A DNA stretch of 34,270 nucleotides from an uncultured Candidatus Marinamargulisbacteria bacterium. GTDB taxonomy: Bacteria > Margulisbacteria > Marinamargulisbacteria > GCA-2716485 > CAXFGY01. The notes under the pieces were generated by a model. The model did not search any database. It saw nothing but the letters and a program-made list of their open reading frames with translations, and was not told the DNA's origin. Location of the stretch: positions 1 to 34,270 of the forward strand of contig CAXFGY010000002.1 of NCBI GenBank assembly GCA_964002605.1. Reading direction: 5' to 3'. Numbering within the stretch: the stretch's first letter is position 1; each line of letters begins with the position of its first letter. Of this stretch, positions 1-10,434 are shown piece after piece. Made by a program: the position numbers and the translations under genes.

Positions 1-130
1 TATCTGATTTTGGACAAGAAGATAATTCAAGAGAATATAGATTTACTGAAAATAAATAAAAAAAGAATATAATAAGAGAAAATCTCAAAATAAAATTAAA
101 CCTCAACTTAATTAAACTTAGTGTATTCAT
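1..130 (-). CDS. 5' part of a probable exported or membrane protein; runs off the window edge
   Basis: Not in the ORF track. ATG at 130 is preceded by SD GAGGAG. The frame is open to base 1: MNTLSLIKLRFNFILRFSLIIFFFYLFSVNLYSLELSSCPKSD, a basic N-region followed by a hydrophobic stretch (signal-peptide-like). Confidence 0.6.
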   Translation of the reverse strand, partial: MNTLSLIKLRFNFILRFSLIIFFFYLFSVNLYSLELSSCPKSD

Positions 131-310
131 AAACTCCTCAAAAAAAATGATTTTATCTTTATATGAACTACCAAATTTATATCGTCGAAAAATAATAAAA
201 ACTTGCAAAAAAAATAAATAAAAAAATAAACTTTTATATACACTTCAAATCAATTGCAACACAACTATTTAGTTGAGAATCAAATAAATTAACGCTAATA
301 TGGTATCAAA

Positions 311-1267
311 ATGACACTCACAAATAATAAAGAAGACTATTACAATCAAATTAAACAACTATTAACAAAACATGAATTTACTGTAAACCCTTATCGAAAA
401 ATTCAATATGGTCTTCAATTTCTAGTATTTAAAGAAACTGAATCAATATTATTACGAATTTATGAAAGTAAAAAAGGAATAACTGTCGACTTCTCTCAAA
501 CAAAAAATAGTCCTTTAAGCAAGACTATTTCAAAAATCATCACAAAACTTTCTCACCCGCCAAAAGTCGCAGACCCCATTTCAAGTTTATTTAAAAAAAA
601 ATCAACCTTATCAACAACTACAAGTGACCCTGATGAATTAATTGGTATTGACGAATCAGGAAAAGGCGATTATTTTGGCCCACTAGTCATTGCTGGTGTA
701 TATATAAATCCAATAATTACAGAAATCCTATCCCCTCTTGGTATTCAAGACTCCAAGTCATTATCTGAACTACGAATTAAAACACTTGCTAAAACCATTC
801 AAAAAAATACAAAACACATTATTATATCAATCGGGAATGAAAGTTATAATGAAATATATGAGTCAATGAATAATTTAAACCACATCCTAGCTTGGGGACA
901 TGCTAAAGTTATCGAAGATACACTAAAACAAGTTGCGTGTAAAAATGCACTTTCTGATCAATTTGGCGATGTATCTCTTATTGAAAACGCGTTAATCGCC
1001 AAAGGTATTGAAATCAATTTATTTCAACGCCATCGAGCAGAAAACAACATCGCAGTCGCAGCTGCAAGTATTTTAGCAAGAAATAAATTTATCACTGAAG
1101 TACAGCGTTACGAAAAAAAATTTAATATAAAACTTCCAAAAGGCTGCTCAGATAAAACAATACAAGCCGCTATTCAATTTTGCCATAAACACGGACACGA
1201 TCAACTTAAAAAAATAGCAAAACTTCATTTTAAACTTACAGATCAAATCGAACAGTCCCTTAGTTAG
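311..1267 (+). CDS. rnhC: Ribonuclease HIII
   Basis: IGIDESGKGDYFGPLV, QDSK, SDQF and AVAAASILAR motifs of type 2 RNase H, plus an N-terminal extension (TBP-like domain) typical of HIII. Confidence 0.9.
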   Translation: MTLTNNKEDYYNQIKQLLTKHEFTVNPYRKIQYGLQFLVFKETESILLRIYESKKGITVDFSQTKNSPLSKTISKIITKLSHPPKVADPISSLFKKKSTLSTTTSDPDELIGIDESGKGDYFGPLVIAGVYINPIITEILSPLGIQDSKSLSELRIKTLAKTIQKNTKHIIISIGNESYNEIYESMNNLNHILAWGHAKVIEDTLKQVACKNALSDQFGDVSLIENALIAKGIEINLFQRHRAENNIAVAAASILARNKFITEVQRYEKKFNIKLPKGCSDKTIQAAIQFCHKHGHDQLKKIAKLHFKLTDQIEQSLS

Positions 1268-3092
1268 AAACTTGTGTAAACGCAATTAAAGAGTCAATGG
1301 TTTTGGAGTCAAATTTACCAATATCATCACAATAAACATCTCCATAATCCAACTGTTTCCCAATATCAACAAGAATAAGTCGATTTGGAGACAGTAATGT
1401 TTTAAGCTGATCATATTCTAAAAAAACCAAATCACTAATTGAAGTAATAAAAACCATCCCTGCGTCACAAAAAGAATATCCAATTTCAGATAATTTTAAG
1501 ATCATTTCTTGTCGAACTTCACGCTGAGAAATCGATTGATTAAACTCAATAGTTGAATTTAAATATTGAAAAGCATATCGATAAACATTAATATTTTTTT
1601 CAAACAAAAAACACTCTAACTGCTTTGCATACTCAGAAAAACGAACTTTAGCAGACCCTGTCAAAACAATAAAACAAGGTAAATGTCCATAACTATAATG
1701 CCGTTGCTGAGATGAAACTAAACTTGTAACACGATACTTTTCTCGATTTTCAACATAACGATCAACCCATCGACGATGATCCAAAGATTTTTGAATTAAA
1801 CCCATACCAACTGTATTATTAGTATATCGATCAATAACAATAAAACTACCTAAATGACTATTAATATCATAAGGAAGAAAAGCAATATCTTGACTAATTT
1901 CAAGCTTACATACTCCAATTTGATTTAAAGACAATGATAGTGCATCAATACTTTTTGCAGTATTAATATCAATTTGATAGTCTGGAACACCAAACGTTGC
2001 AGATACCAAATTAGAGCGAAATTTAATCCAATAACTGCGTCCTGGAATCAAAGATTCTTCTGACATCCATAATAATTGACTTTCAAAACAATGAGAAACC
2101 TGAACTAATGATCCATCACTAACAATCATATCCCCTCTTGATACATCAACATCATCAACAAAAGTAAGTGTGACAGATTGTCCCTCTGTTGCTAGTAACA
2201 ATTCTCCATCAAAAGTAACAATAGATGACACTTTAGTTTGAGTTCCAACTGGTAAAATTTTGACAGAATCCCCTACACTAACAACACCACTAGTAATCTG
2301 CCCTGAAAACCCTCTGAAATCCAAATGAGGTCGATTAACCCACTGAACCGGCATACTAAATTCCGTAAATTTATTAAAAGTACTATCTTCAAAAGAAACA
2401 GATTCTAAAAAATGAATTAAGGAATCACCCTGATACCATGACATCCGATCACTTAAACTCACAATATTATCACCATGAATAGCAGATACAGGAATGGCCA
2501 CAAACTCCTTTATACCCATCGTTTTAGCATAACGATAATATTCATCACAAATCATATTATAAACAGCTTCATCATAATTCACTAAATCCATTTTATTAAT
2601 CGCCAACACAATCTTTTTTACACCTAACATTTGAACAATTAAAGAATGACGTTTAGTTTGAGTTAAAATGCCTTTACGCGCATCAATCATCAAAATAGCA
2701 AGATCAGCTGTAGAAGCCCCAGTCGCCATGTTACGAGTATACTGTTCATGACCAGGCGTATCTGCAACAATAAACTTACGCTTGTCTGTTGAAAAATAAC
2801 GATACGCAACATCAATCGTAATACCTTGCTCACGTTCAGCAGCTAATCCATCAACTAACAAGGCAAAATCAATATTTTCACCCCGAGTACCTACTTTTTT
2901 AGAATCTTTCACCAAGGCGTCCAATTGATCTTCATAAATCATCTTAGATTCATATAACAATCTCCCAATTAAAGTAGATTTACCATCATCAACAGAACCG
3001 CATGTTATAAATCGTAATAAACTTTTAGATTCTAAATTTTTCAAATAAGAATCAATGTCCGTTTTTATTAACTGTGATTGATTTAACATCAA
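1260..3092 (-). CDS. cysN: Sulfate adenylyltransferase GTPase subunit with a degenerate C-terminal APS-kinase-like domain (CysN/CysNC)
   Basis: [44 protein letters not shown] and NKMD motifs; overlaps cysD by 4 nt. Confidence 0.95.
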   Translation of the reverse strand: MMLNQSQLIKTDIDSYLKNLESKSLLRFITCGSVDDGKSTLIGRLLYESKMIYEDQLDALVKDSKKVGTRGENIDFALLVDGLAAEREQGITIDVAYRYFSTDKRKFIVADTPGHEQYTRNMATGASTADLAILMIDARKGILTQTKRHSLIVQMLGVKKIVLAINKMDLVNYDEAVYNMICDEYYRYAKTMGIKEFVAIPVSAIHGDNIVSLSDRMSWYQGDSLIHFLESVSFEDSTFNKFTEFSMPVQWVNRPHLDFRGFSGQITSGVVSVGDSVKILPVGTQTKVSSIVTFDGELLLATEGQSVTLTFVDDVDVSRGDMIVSDGSLVQVSHCFESQLLWMSEESLIPGRSYWIKFRSNLVSATFGVPDYQIDINTAKSIDALSLSLNQIGVCKLEISQDIAFLPYDINSHLGSFIVIDRYTNNTVGMGLIQKSLDHRRWVDRYVENREKYRVTSLVSSQQRHYSYGHLPCFIVLTGSAKVRFSEYAKQLECFLFEKNINVYRYAFQYLNSTIEFNQSISQREVRQEMILKLSEIGYSFCDAGMVFITSISDLVFLEYDQLKTLLSPNRLILVDIGKQLDYGDVYCDDIGKFDSKTIDSLIAFTQVSN

Positions 3093-4003
3093 AAGTACCC
3101 CTCTTTCTTTTTCTGTTCCATCGAAGCACTCCCATCGTAATCAATAACTCGACCCTGACGTTCTGATGTTTTAGTTAATAACATCTCCTGAATAATAAGT
3201 CCCAAAGTCTTTGCTTCGGATTCAATCGCTCCCGTCAATGGGTAACACCCTAAGGTTCGAAACCTGACCATTTTCTCCTCAATCACTTCACCTTTTCTTA
3301 AAACCATTCGTTCATCATCAACCATAATCCACGTGCCATCACGATAAACAACAGGTCTCTTTTTAGAAAAATACAACGGAACAATTGGAATGTTTTCCAA
3401 ATAAATATACTGCCAAACATCTAACTCCGTCCAATTAGATAACGGAAAAATGCGAACGGACTCCCCTTTATGTTTTTTAGCATTATACAATGACCATAAT
3501 TCTGGTCGCTGATTCTTGGGATCCCAAGAATGCCGTTCCGTTCTAAATGAAAATACCCGCTCTTTTGCACGTGATTTTTCTTCATCCCGTCGCGCTCCTC
3601 CAAATGCAGCATCAAACTGATATTTGTCTAAAGCCTGACGTAAAGCTTGTGTCTTCATTACATCGGTATGAACAGCAGAGCCATGCGAAAATGGCCCAAT
3701 CCCTTGCTTAACACCATTTGTATTAATATGTATAATTAAATCTAAGTCCAATTGCGTTGCTTGTTGATCCCTAAACTCAATCATTTCTTTAAATTTCCAG
3801 GTCGTATCAATATGCATAATAGGAAAAGGCAATGGCGTTGGATAAAAAGCTTTTCGTGCAATGTGAAGCAGAACTGCTGAATCCTTACCGATAGAATACA
3901 ACATTACTGGATTATCTGTTTCTGCTACAGCTTCACGCAAAATATGGATACTATCTGATTCTAATTGTTGCAAATGAGTTAAGTGTTGCTTTATACTACT
4001 CAT
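3089..4003 (-). CDS. cysD: Sulfate adenylyltransferase subunit 2
   Basis: YSIGKDS PP-loop, [26 protein letters not shown] and C-terminal KKEGYF. Confidence 0.97.
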   Translation of the reverse strand: MSSIKQHLTHLQQLESDSIHILREAVAETDNPVMLYSIGKDSAVLLHIARKAFYPTPLPFPIMHIDTTWKFKEMIEFRDQQATQLDLDLIIHINTNGVKQGIGPFSHGSAVHTDVMKTQALRQALDKYQFDAAFGGARRDEEKSRAKERVFSFRTERHSWDPKNQRPELWSLYNAKKHKGESVRIFPLSNWTELDVWQYIYLENIPIVPLYFSKKRPVVYRDGTWIMVDDERMVLRKGEVIEEKMVRFRTLGCYPLTGAIESEAKTLGLIIQEMLLTKTSERQGRVIDYDGSASMEQKKKEGYF

Positions 4004-4079
4004 AATAGTGAATTATTTTACTATAAAAAAAGAAAAATAACTATCTAAAAACCACACTAAATCAAACTCAATTAATACA

Positions 4080-5009
4080 ATGAAAAAACTAACTCTAAGT
4101 TCAATTGTTTACACAAATAAACATCAAACTAATATGGGAATAAAAACGTCAATAAAAAAAAAATATTCAAAACTCATAATTATTAATTTATTTATTCTAA
4201 CATCTTTTTTAAATCACAACATATATAGTATATCAGAAATTCTCATTCCAAAAAAATCAAAATCAACTATCAATGCAAATAAAAATTATCTCATTAATCC
4301 GCCAAGTATCTTGTCCCCACATATGAAAAATTATTTCATTTTAGGAACAGATTCTAATCGATATGGAAATCAAGCAAAATTTCAAGTAAGCGTAAAATTA
4401 AAATTAATCCCACAAACCTTTTATAATAGTAATCTTTATTTTTCATGGTCACAACGGACATTTTTAGACTACTTAATTACAAGCAATAAAAAATACACTT
4501 ACGACTCTGTCATTATGCCTGAAATTTTTATTCGAAAATATTTAATAAAGCATCCATTCATTAAATATGTAGGGATTGGCATTAAACATGGTTCTAATGG
4601 ACGCGGAGAAAGCTGGGGAGATCGTATTATGCTACATAGTAAAATGTATTTTTTAACTCACTTTTCATTGTTAACTGAAATATGGGGTAAAAGCTTAACA
4701 ATGAACCCAAATAAACCAACAGATGATTACTTTGGAAATGGAAAATTAATTTTAACTGGATATCATAAATACTTTAACTTATCTGCCAAAACATATTTTG
4801 GAATAACAAAAAAAATACCTCTATCAGCTGAAATAACATTAGATTTCCCTCTACATCAATCCCTTTGTTTATCACTACAATACTGGAATGGCTATGCCGA
4901 AACATTTTATACAGATAGAGACGTAAGTCCATATATAGAGCATTTTAGAAAAAGAACAAAACGCTTTAGAATTGGAATGGCAATTCCGCTTAATTTAAAT
5001 GAAAACTAA
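4080..5009 (+). CDS. pldA: Outer-membrane phospholipase A (OMPLA family); true start may be the second Met near 4133
   Basis: KFQVSVK, LYFSWSQ, PEIF, catalytic HxSNG (KHGSNGRG), YFGNG and QYWNGYAE motifs; hydrophobic signal-like stretch near the N-terminus. Confidence 0.75.
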   Translation: MKKLTLSSIVYTNKHQTNMGIKTSIKKKYSKLIIINLFILTSFLNHNIYSISEILIPKKSKSTINANKNYLINPPSILSPHMKNYFILGTDSNRYGNQAKFQVSVKLKLIPQTFYNSNLYFSWSQRTFLDYLITSNKKYTYDSVIMPEIFIRKYLIKHPFIKYVGIGIKHGSNGRGESWGDRIMLHSKMYFLTHFSLLTEIWGKSLTMNPNKPTDDYFGNGKLILTGYHKYFNLSAKTYFGITKKIPLSAEITLDFPLHQSLCLSLQYWNGYAETFYTDRDVSPYIEHFRKRTKRFRIGMAIPLNLNEN

Positions 5010-5312
5010 CTTATATTGATAGTTTATTCTTGAAATAATTAATCAACAAAAGCTATATTTACAAAAAGATACACTAATAATTTATTAACATTAATTACTA
5101 AAAAAATAATTTCACTACCATAAAAGCTCTGTCGCGAAATGCCTAATCTTCACAATTTTCACCTTCGTTATGATGCGCTGCACCACTTCCTCAGGGGATA
5201 AATTGCAAATCTTATGCCTTTGGCAACATCACATTCAATCGATTTTTTCTGTTTTGGGACAATCACATAAAGTCAAAATGAACCGAAAATTACAAATTCA
5301 AAACAAAAATCA

Positions 5313-5504
5313 CTATAGCAATAAAAAAATAGGAACCCCCACAATTAAAAAAACAGCAATTAAATAGACTAATTTATAAAAACTCAAAAAATAAAAAAAT
5401 GATCTTTTTTGAACCTGAATAGTATATTGAATACGAAACCATAACCGATCTGAAAAAAAATTATTATACTCTTGATTTAAAAAATTTTTAATAGACTTTG
5501 TCAT
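5313..5504 (-). CDS. Small membrane-anchored protein, possible anti-sigma factor
   Basis: Starts 19 nt after the ECF sigma gene; 63 aa with a C-terminal hydrophobic helix (LVYLIAVFLIVGVPIFLLL). Confidence 0.45.
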   Translation of the reverse strand: MTKSIKNFLNQEYNNFFSDRLWFRIQYTIQVQKRSFFYFLSFYKLVYLIAVFLIVGVPIFLLL

Positions 5505-5523
5505 TCGATTTAACTCAAATAAA

Positions 5524-6081
5524 TTAAGATACCTTTGTAAAAAGCTCAGTATTTACACAATTAATTCTATACTTAACTAAACTCAAGTTTATTTTTAAAA
5601 TATCAGCAATTTCATGGTAACTTTGTCCTTCAAACTCTCTTAATATCAAACAAATTCGAAACTCTGGCTTAATACATAAAAAAGTTTCATAAAACGTTTT
5701 TGTGTTATCTTCATATTCTATTTTATTAACATCAGAATTAAAAACCGAATTGTTATAAAAAAGAAAATCAATAAATTTACGAAATAAATTTTTCTTTCTA
5801 TTAAGATGCTTCAAAATATCATTAACAGCAATTTGATATGCCCAAATCGTAAATTTAATAGACTCATTAAAATAGCACGCATTATTATATAATTTAACAA
5901 AAATATCATGAGTTAAATCCTCAGTTTCTTGTTGAGAATTTATCATTTTATATGCAACATTAAAAATAAAAGATGATATCTCCTGATATATCAACTCAAA
6001 GGCCCATAATTCACCTTTACGAAATGAATTGATTATTTTATAGTCAATTATAATCTGTTTTTTTTTCATCGTCATGATCAT
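5524..6081 (-). CDS. ECF-family RNA polymerase sigma factor
   Basis: AFELIY...FNVAYKM...EDLTHDIFVKLY...FTIWAYQIAVN (region 2) and LILREFEGQSYHEIADILKINLSLVKYRI (region 4). Confidence 0.85.
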   Translation of the reverse strand: MIMTMKKKQIIIDYKIINSFRKGELWAFELIYQEISSFIFNVAYKMINSQQETEDLTHDIFVKLYNNACYFNESIKFTIWAYQIAVNDILKHLNRKKNLFRKFIDFLFYNNSVFNSDVNKIEYEDNTKTFYETFLCIKPEFRICLILREFEGQSYHEIADILKINLSLVKYRINCVNTELFTKVS

Positions 6082-6201
6082 TTTGTGTTATTTAATACTA
6101 CAAACCAATTAATAACTTATATTTAACTAACAACCCGTTATTACCCTAATTTAAAAGGGATTAAACATCTTAAATTAACAAATTAAAAAGAAAATAAATA
6201 A

Positions 6202-6918
6202 TTATTCAGAAGAATGTAGCCCACATTCTTTTTGATCAGCAGATTCCCACCACCATCGTCCAGCACGTGCATCTTCACCTGATTTTACCGCCCGAGTACA
6301 CGGTTCACAACCAATACTCGGATACCCTCGATCATGAAGCACATTGTAAGGAATATTATACTTCTTAATATAAGCTAACACGTCTTGATTACTCCAATTA
6401 GCCAATGGATTAATTTTAATTTTTTGATTCGCATCATCCCATTCGATAATATCTAACATATTACGAGTAATCGACTGATCCTGACGCTGTCCTGTAATCC
6501 ATGCATCTGCAGTAGCTAATACTTTTTGTAACGGCAACACTTTTCGAATATGACAACATTCTTTTCGATTTTCAATACTATCATAAAACGAAAAATTTCC
6601 TTTTTTTGCAACCAAAGACTCCACCTGGGCTTGATCCGGATAAAGCACTTCATAGATAAATTTATATTTTTCCTGAGTCTGTGAAATCAAAGCCAGTGTC
6701 TCTTGATGAAGTCGCCCCGTTTCTAATACAAAGATACGGCAAGATTGTGATACTTTTTGAGTATATTCTAATGCCATATGAGTAATCACCTGGTCTTCGA
6801 GACTCAAACTAGACGCAATGACAATACGATCTCTAAATAATTTTAAAACATACTGAATGATATCTTGAGAAGTAAAGCCTACTAATTCATCTCTTAATTG
6901 TTGGTATTGAATATTCAT
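6202..6918 (-). CDS. cysH: Adenylyl-sulfate (APS) reductase, [4Fe-4S] type, copy A
   Basis: ECCHIRKV and SIGCEPCT (CC...CxxC cluster ligands), RAGRWWWE and catalytic ECGLH. Confidence 0.93.
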   Translation of the reverse strand: MNIQYQQLRDELVGFTSQDIIQYVLKLFRDRIVIASSLSLEDQVITHMALEYTQKVSQSCRIFVLETGRLHQETLALISQTQEKYKFIYEVLYPDQAQVESLVAKKGNFSFYDSIENRKECCHIRKVLPLQKVLATADAWITGQRQDQSITRNMLDIIEWDDANQKIKINPLANWSNQDVLAYIKKYNIPYNVLHDRGYPSIGCEPCTRAVKSGEDARAGRWWWESADQKECGLHSSE

Positions 6919-6941
6919 TATAATATATAAACTATAAATTA

Positions 6942-9284
6942 CTATATCTTCTCAATTAACACGGTCCAATATCCATCACTAGACTGAACTTGATTAACTA
7001 TTTTATGGCCTTCTAACTTCACAGAATTCGGCACATTATTAATCGGAGCACCATCATCTAACAAAATTTCAAGCTGTTGACCAGATTGCATCGTTTCAAG
7101 CACTAACTTAGTTTTAACAAAATTCATTGGACAAGCAACACCACGATAATCTTTATTAATCTTTACAAGTTCTGATATCTGATCATTAGCAGAATCATTC
7201 TCTTGACCCTTAATTCTAAACTTTAAAGAATCATCCATACTTTTGTAAAGCGCTTCCATATCAGCCGCTAATGCAATAATATCTGCTTGTAAATCAATTA
7301 ACTCATCATTTTTACCTGACTTAGCCAACATTACAATTTTTTTATACCGTTTATCTACTAAACCGGCTTCAATAAAATGCTTCATAAATAATTCCATCGC
7401 TTGATCTTCAGTCTTAGAATCTAAACCTCGAGTCACTAATAACATCCGTGACGCATGAAACACAATTTGATATAAATCATCTTTTAACGATGATGTTTCT
7501 TCTATACCTTTAACACGTTTATCAATTTCTTTTCGATCAACATTAATCATATCAAACATCCCAGCAGAACATTCTGCACTACCCATATCCTCTAACGATA
7601 ACCGTTTTTTAGCTCCAAAGTCTGTATAATATTTTTCATTCTCCTCATAACTAGGAACTTCCTTATATTTCTCACACAATGTTTTAATAACATCATTACC
7701 TTTATCTTCTAAAAAATCATGATAATTTTCATAGTCTTCTTTTTCAGCAATATATACACTCAAAAACTCCGTGACAAATGACGGAATATCATGTGCTGCA
7801 ACATCACCCAATCGCTCTGCATATTGAGTTTCTCCATGTCCCACTTTGGCGCCTGCCATAACATTATATGACGGATACATATTGCCACTATTTCGACCAA
7901 TTTTTCCAAAAAAACCCAAATCAGCCACGTGATGCATCCCACACGTATTTGGACAACCTGACATATGAAGCTTAAAGTCTGGAATTGCATCTAAATTTAA
8001 CTGCTTACTAACCAACTCTTCTCGAATCGCATCCGATAACCCACGCGGTAAACAAATACCCAACTTACACGTTTGTGCCCCTGTACAGTTAATCATTTTG
8101 CCCACCATTGCTGGTGTATGAATTAACGTATCTTCTAAACTATTTAACACATTATATAAGTTCCCAATATACTTTTCAGGAATATTACGTAACCAAACAT
8201 TTTGTCCCCGATCACATCGAATCGTATTTTCTCCCATCTGATCTAAAAAATCACAAAGCTTATACGCATCTGGGGATTTTAAATCACCTAAACGTAACAT
8301 AAGTAATACAGATGATAACCCATCTTGCTTTTGAGCATAAACATAACGCGATTTCCATTGTTCAAAAACATCCCCATGAACCGCTTCAACAGGAATATTA
8401 GGGTCTACACATTCATTTTTAAGTTCAGGTAATTCTAAATTTAATGACTCATCATATTTAATTTTGTCATATTCTTCTTCAAATAAACTAATAAATTCAT
8501 CTCTTTGCAATTTCTTCCATAAAAATTTAATCCGATTCGAATATTTACTACGACGATTTCCATGTTTATCAAACATAATTTTTAATGCTTTTGTTACATG
8601 ATACACTTGCGTATCTGGAATAAATTCCAATAATAAATTACCCACCATAGGCTTAGCACCCATTCCTCCTGCACAATATACCTTAAACCCTTTTTGACCT
8701 GCTTTTAGCGTCGCAACAAAACCCAAACATGTTGCCATTGTATACGCTGTGTCCTGATCATTATGCGAAAAATTAATTTTAAACTTTCGAGGTAAATTCC
8801 ATGAATCATCCTCAGAAATTAACCGTGTCGTCAATGCCATCGCATAAGGATCCACATCAAATAATCCATCCGGATCAATTCCTGAATTAGGAGACGTTAA
8901 AATGTTACGAATCGTATTACCCCCTCCTCCACGTGAACTTAATCCCACTTCATTTAATCCTCGAATTGCTTTCATCACATCTTCAATCAATAAATCATGA
9001 ATTTGTACTTCTTGACGGGTTGTAAAATGAACTTCATTACTCCCATAAGCTGCGCCTAATTCTGCAACTTTACGCAATTGACGAGGCGTAATTCCACCTG
9101 CCGCACAACGAATTCGTAACATATAGGTTTCTTCTTGACGTTGTTCATACAAACCATGCGCAACCCGAATTCCTTTAAACTTCACGGGATGAATATCACC
9201 TGCTACAAAACGAGCAATATCTTTTTCAAACTGATCTTGCTCGGCAAGTAACTTAGCTGGATTATCATAAAAATTAAAACTCAT
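6942..9284 (-). CDS. sir: Ferredoxin-type sulfite reductase with HEPN-like and C-terminal TusA/SirA domains, copy A (780 aa)
   Basis: HFTTRQ, LPRKFK, CTGAQTCKLG and SGCPNTCG (siroheme/4Fe-4S ligands); C-terminal DYRGVACPMNFVKTKL TusA motif. Confidence 0.9.
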   Translation of the reverse strand: MSFNFYDNPAKLLAEQDQFEKDIARFVAGDIHPVKFKGIRVAHGLYEQRQEETYMLRIRCAAGGITPRQLRKVAELGAAYGSNEVHFTTRQEVQIHDLLIEDVMKAIRGLNEVGLSSRGGGGNTIRNILTSPNSGIDPDGLFDVDPYAMALTTRLISEDDSWNLPRKFKINFSHNDQDTAYTMATCLGFVATLKAGQKGFKVYCAGGMGAKPMVGNLLLEFIPDTQVYHVTKALKIMFDKHGNRRSKYSNRIKFLWKKLQRDEFISLFEEEYDKIKYDESLNLELPELKNECVDPNIPVEAVHGDVFEQWKSRYVYAQKQDGLSSVLLMLRLGDLKSPDAYKLCDFLDQMGENTIRCDRGQNVWLRNIPEKYIGNLYNVLNSLEDTLIHTPAMVGKMINCTGAQTCKLGICLPRGLSDAIREELVSKQLNLDAIPDFKLHMSGCPNTCGMHHVADLGFFGKIGRNSGNMYPSYNVMAGAKVGHGETQYAERLGDVAAHDIPSFVTEFLSVYIAEKEDYENYHDFLEDKGNDVIKTLCEKYKEVPSYEENEKYYTDFGAKKRLSLEDMGSAECSAGMFDMINVDRKEIDKRVKGIEETSSLKDDLYQIVFHASRMLLVTRGLDSKTEDQAMELFMKHFIEAGLVDKRYKKIVMLAKSGKNDELIDLQADIIALAADMEALYKSMDDSLKFRIKGQENDSANDQISELVKINKDYRGVACPMNFVKTKLVLETMQSGQQLEILLDDGAPINNVPNSVKLEGHKIVNQVQSSDGYWTVLIEKI
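6949..9251. repeat. Direct repeat copy 1 (2303 bp), matching 11205-13507
   Basis: Offset is 4256 bp. Both boundaries were read base by base. The translations are identical over the span, including the spurious ORFs in other frames. Confidence 0.95.
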
Positions 9285-9311
9285 ATTTACTCTTGATGTA
9301 AAAATAAAATT

Positions 9312-9324
9312 AAAAACTAATATA
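9312..9324 (-). promoter_or_regulatory. 13-mer TATATTAGTTTTT (minus strand) upstream of sir copy A; candidate promoter or operator
   Basis: The same 13-mer occurs at 17682-17694, at almost the same distance from the start codon (28 vs 27 nt). Confidence 0.3.
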
Positions 9325-9440
9325 TATTTTTATACCCTAAAAAACATAAATTTAAACAAATTAAAATAAAAACTAATGTAACGACTAACTATAAATGATC
9401 ATAAATCTGAAAATAAATTAAATATTAAAAATACAAAAAA

Positions 9441-10157
9441 TTATTTTAATTGATGTAAACCACACTCTTTTTTATCAGCAGATTCCCACCACCATCGTCC
9501 CGCTCGAGCATTTTCTCCTGGTTTAATAGCACGAGTACAAGGATCACATCCAATACTAGGATACCCACGATCATGCAAAACATTATAAGGAATTTGATTA
9601 CTTTTAATATACTCCCAAACCTGTTCTATAGTCCAGTGAACCAGTGGATTAAACTTTATCTTTTTATTTTCTTCATCCCATTCAATCGTTTTTAAATTTG
9701 AACGTGTAATCGATTGAGTTTGACGTTGTCCCGTAACCCAAGCATCTGCTGTATATAATATCCGTTTTAATGGTTCTACTTTTCGAATATAACAACACAA
9801 CTTACGATTTTCAATACTTTCATAAAAAGAAAATTTGCCTTTTTTAGAAATAAAAGAATCAACAGCAGTAACATTAGGATACATGATTTCATAAGTCATC
9901 TGATATTTTTGCTGCATTTTTTCAATAACATCAATCGTTTCTTTATGAAGACAACCTGTTTCTAAAACAAAAATACGACAATGTTGAGATAATGATTGAG
10001 AAAATTGTAATGCCATGTGCGTAATCACTTGGTCTTCCAAACCCAAACTAGATGCAAAAACAACACGCTTTCCGAAAGTTGTAATTACTTTTGCTACAAC
10101 ATCTTGCGCAGTAGAATGAGTAAATTCAAATTTTAATTTTTCATATAGATACTTCAT
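9441..10157 (-). CDS. cysH: Adenylyl-sulfate (APS) reductase, [4Fe-4S] type, copy B
   Basis: LCCYIRKV, SIGCDPCT, RAGRWWWE and ECGLH; colinear 238-aa paralogue of 6202-6918. Confidence 0.93.
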   Translation of the reverse strand: MKYLYEKLKFEFTHSTAQDVVAKVITTFGKRVVFASSLGLEDQVITHMALQFSQSLSQHCRIFVLETGCLHKETIDVIEKMQQKYQMTYEIMYPNVTAVDSFISKKGKFSFYESIENRKLCCYIRKVEPLKRILYTADAWVTGQRQTQSITRSNLKTIEWDEENKKIKFNPLVHWTIEQVWEYIKSNQIPYNVLHDRGYPSIGCDPCTRAIKPGENARAGRWWWESADKKECGLHQLK

Positions 10158-10194
10158 ACTTCTATTCCAAAAAACACATTAAAATTTTTAACTA

Positions 10195-10434
10195 TTATAT
10201 CTGATAATCTAATGGTTTATGCCGTCCTATTTTCAAATGCTCCCATAATCGTTCATGAAAATAATACAAAATAAATTTACTAAAAAACTCAACAAACCCA
10301 ATTGAAAAAGCCCAACTTAATTCACCTGTAATAATATAAGCAATCAACATAGTGGTAAATGTAGCTGTTATACGCCATGAGAACGTTTTAAGCAAACTAC
10401 GCCAATACTTATCACGAGTCTCTATGTTAGACAT
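10195..10434 (-). CDS. DUF2061-family small membrane protein
   Basis: RSLLKTFSWRITAT...AYIITG...K..LYYFHERLW signature; this family is often found in cys clusters. Confidence 0.85.
   Translation of the reverse strand: MSNIETRDKYWRSLLKTFSWRITATFTTMLIAYIITGELSWAFSIGFVEFFSKFILYYFHERLWEHLKIGRHKPLDYQI

Noticed and set aside
3421-3615. 64-aa ORF on the minus strand
   Set aside because: Out-of-frame ORF nested inside cysD, with no SD or motif.
5170-5367. 65-aa ORF on the plus strand
   Set aside because: No SD and no recognisable motif; overlaps the putative anti-sigma gene on the opposite strand.
7760-8302. ORFs 7760-7990 (-) and 8108-8302 (+)
   Set aside because: Shadow frames inside sir-A; they recur only because of the 2303-bp repeat.
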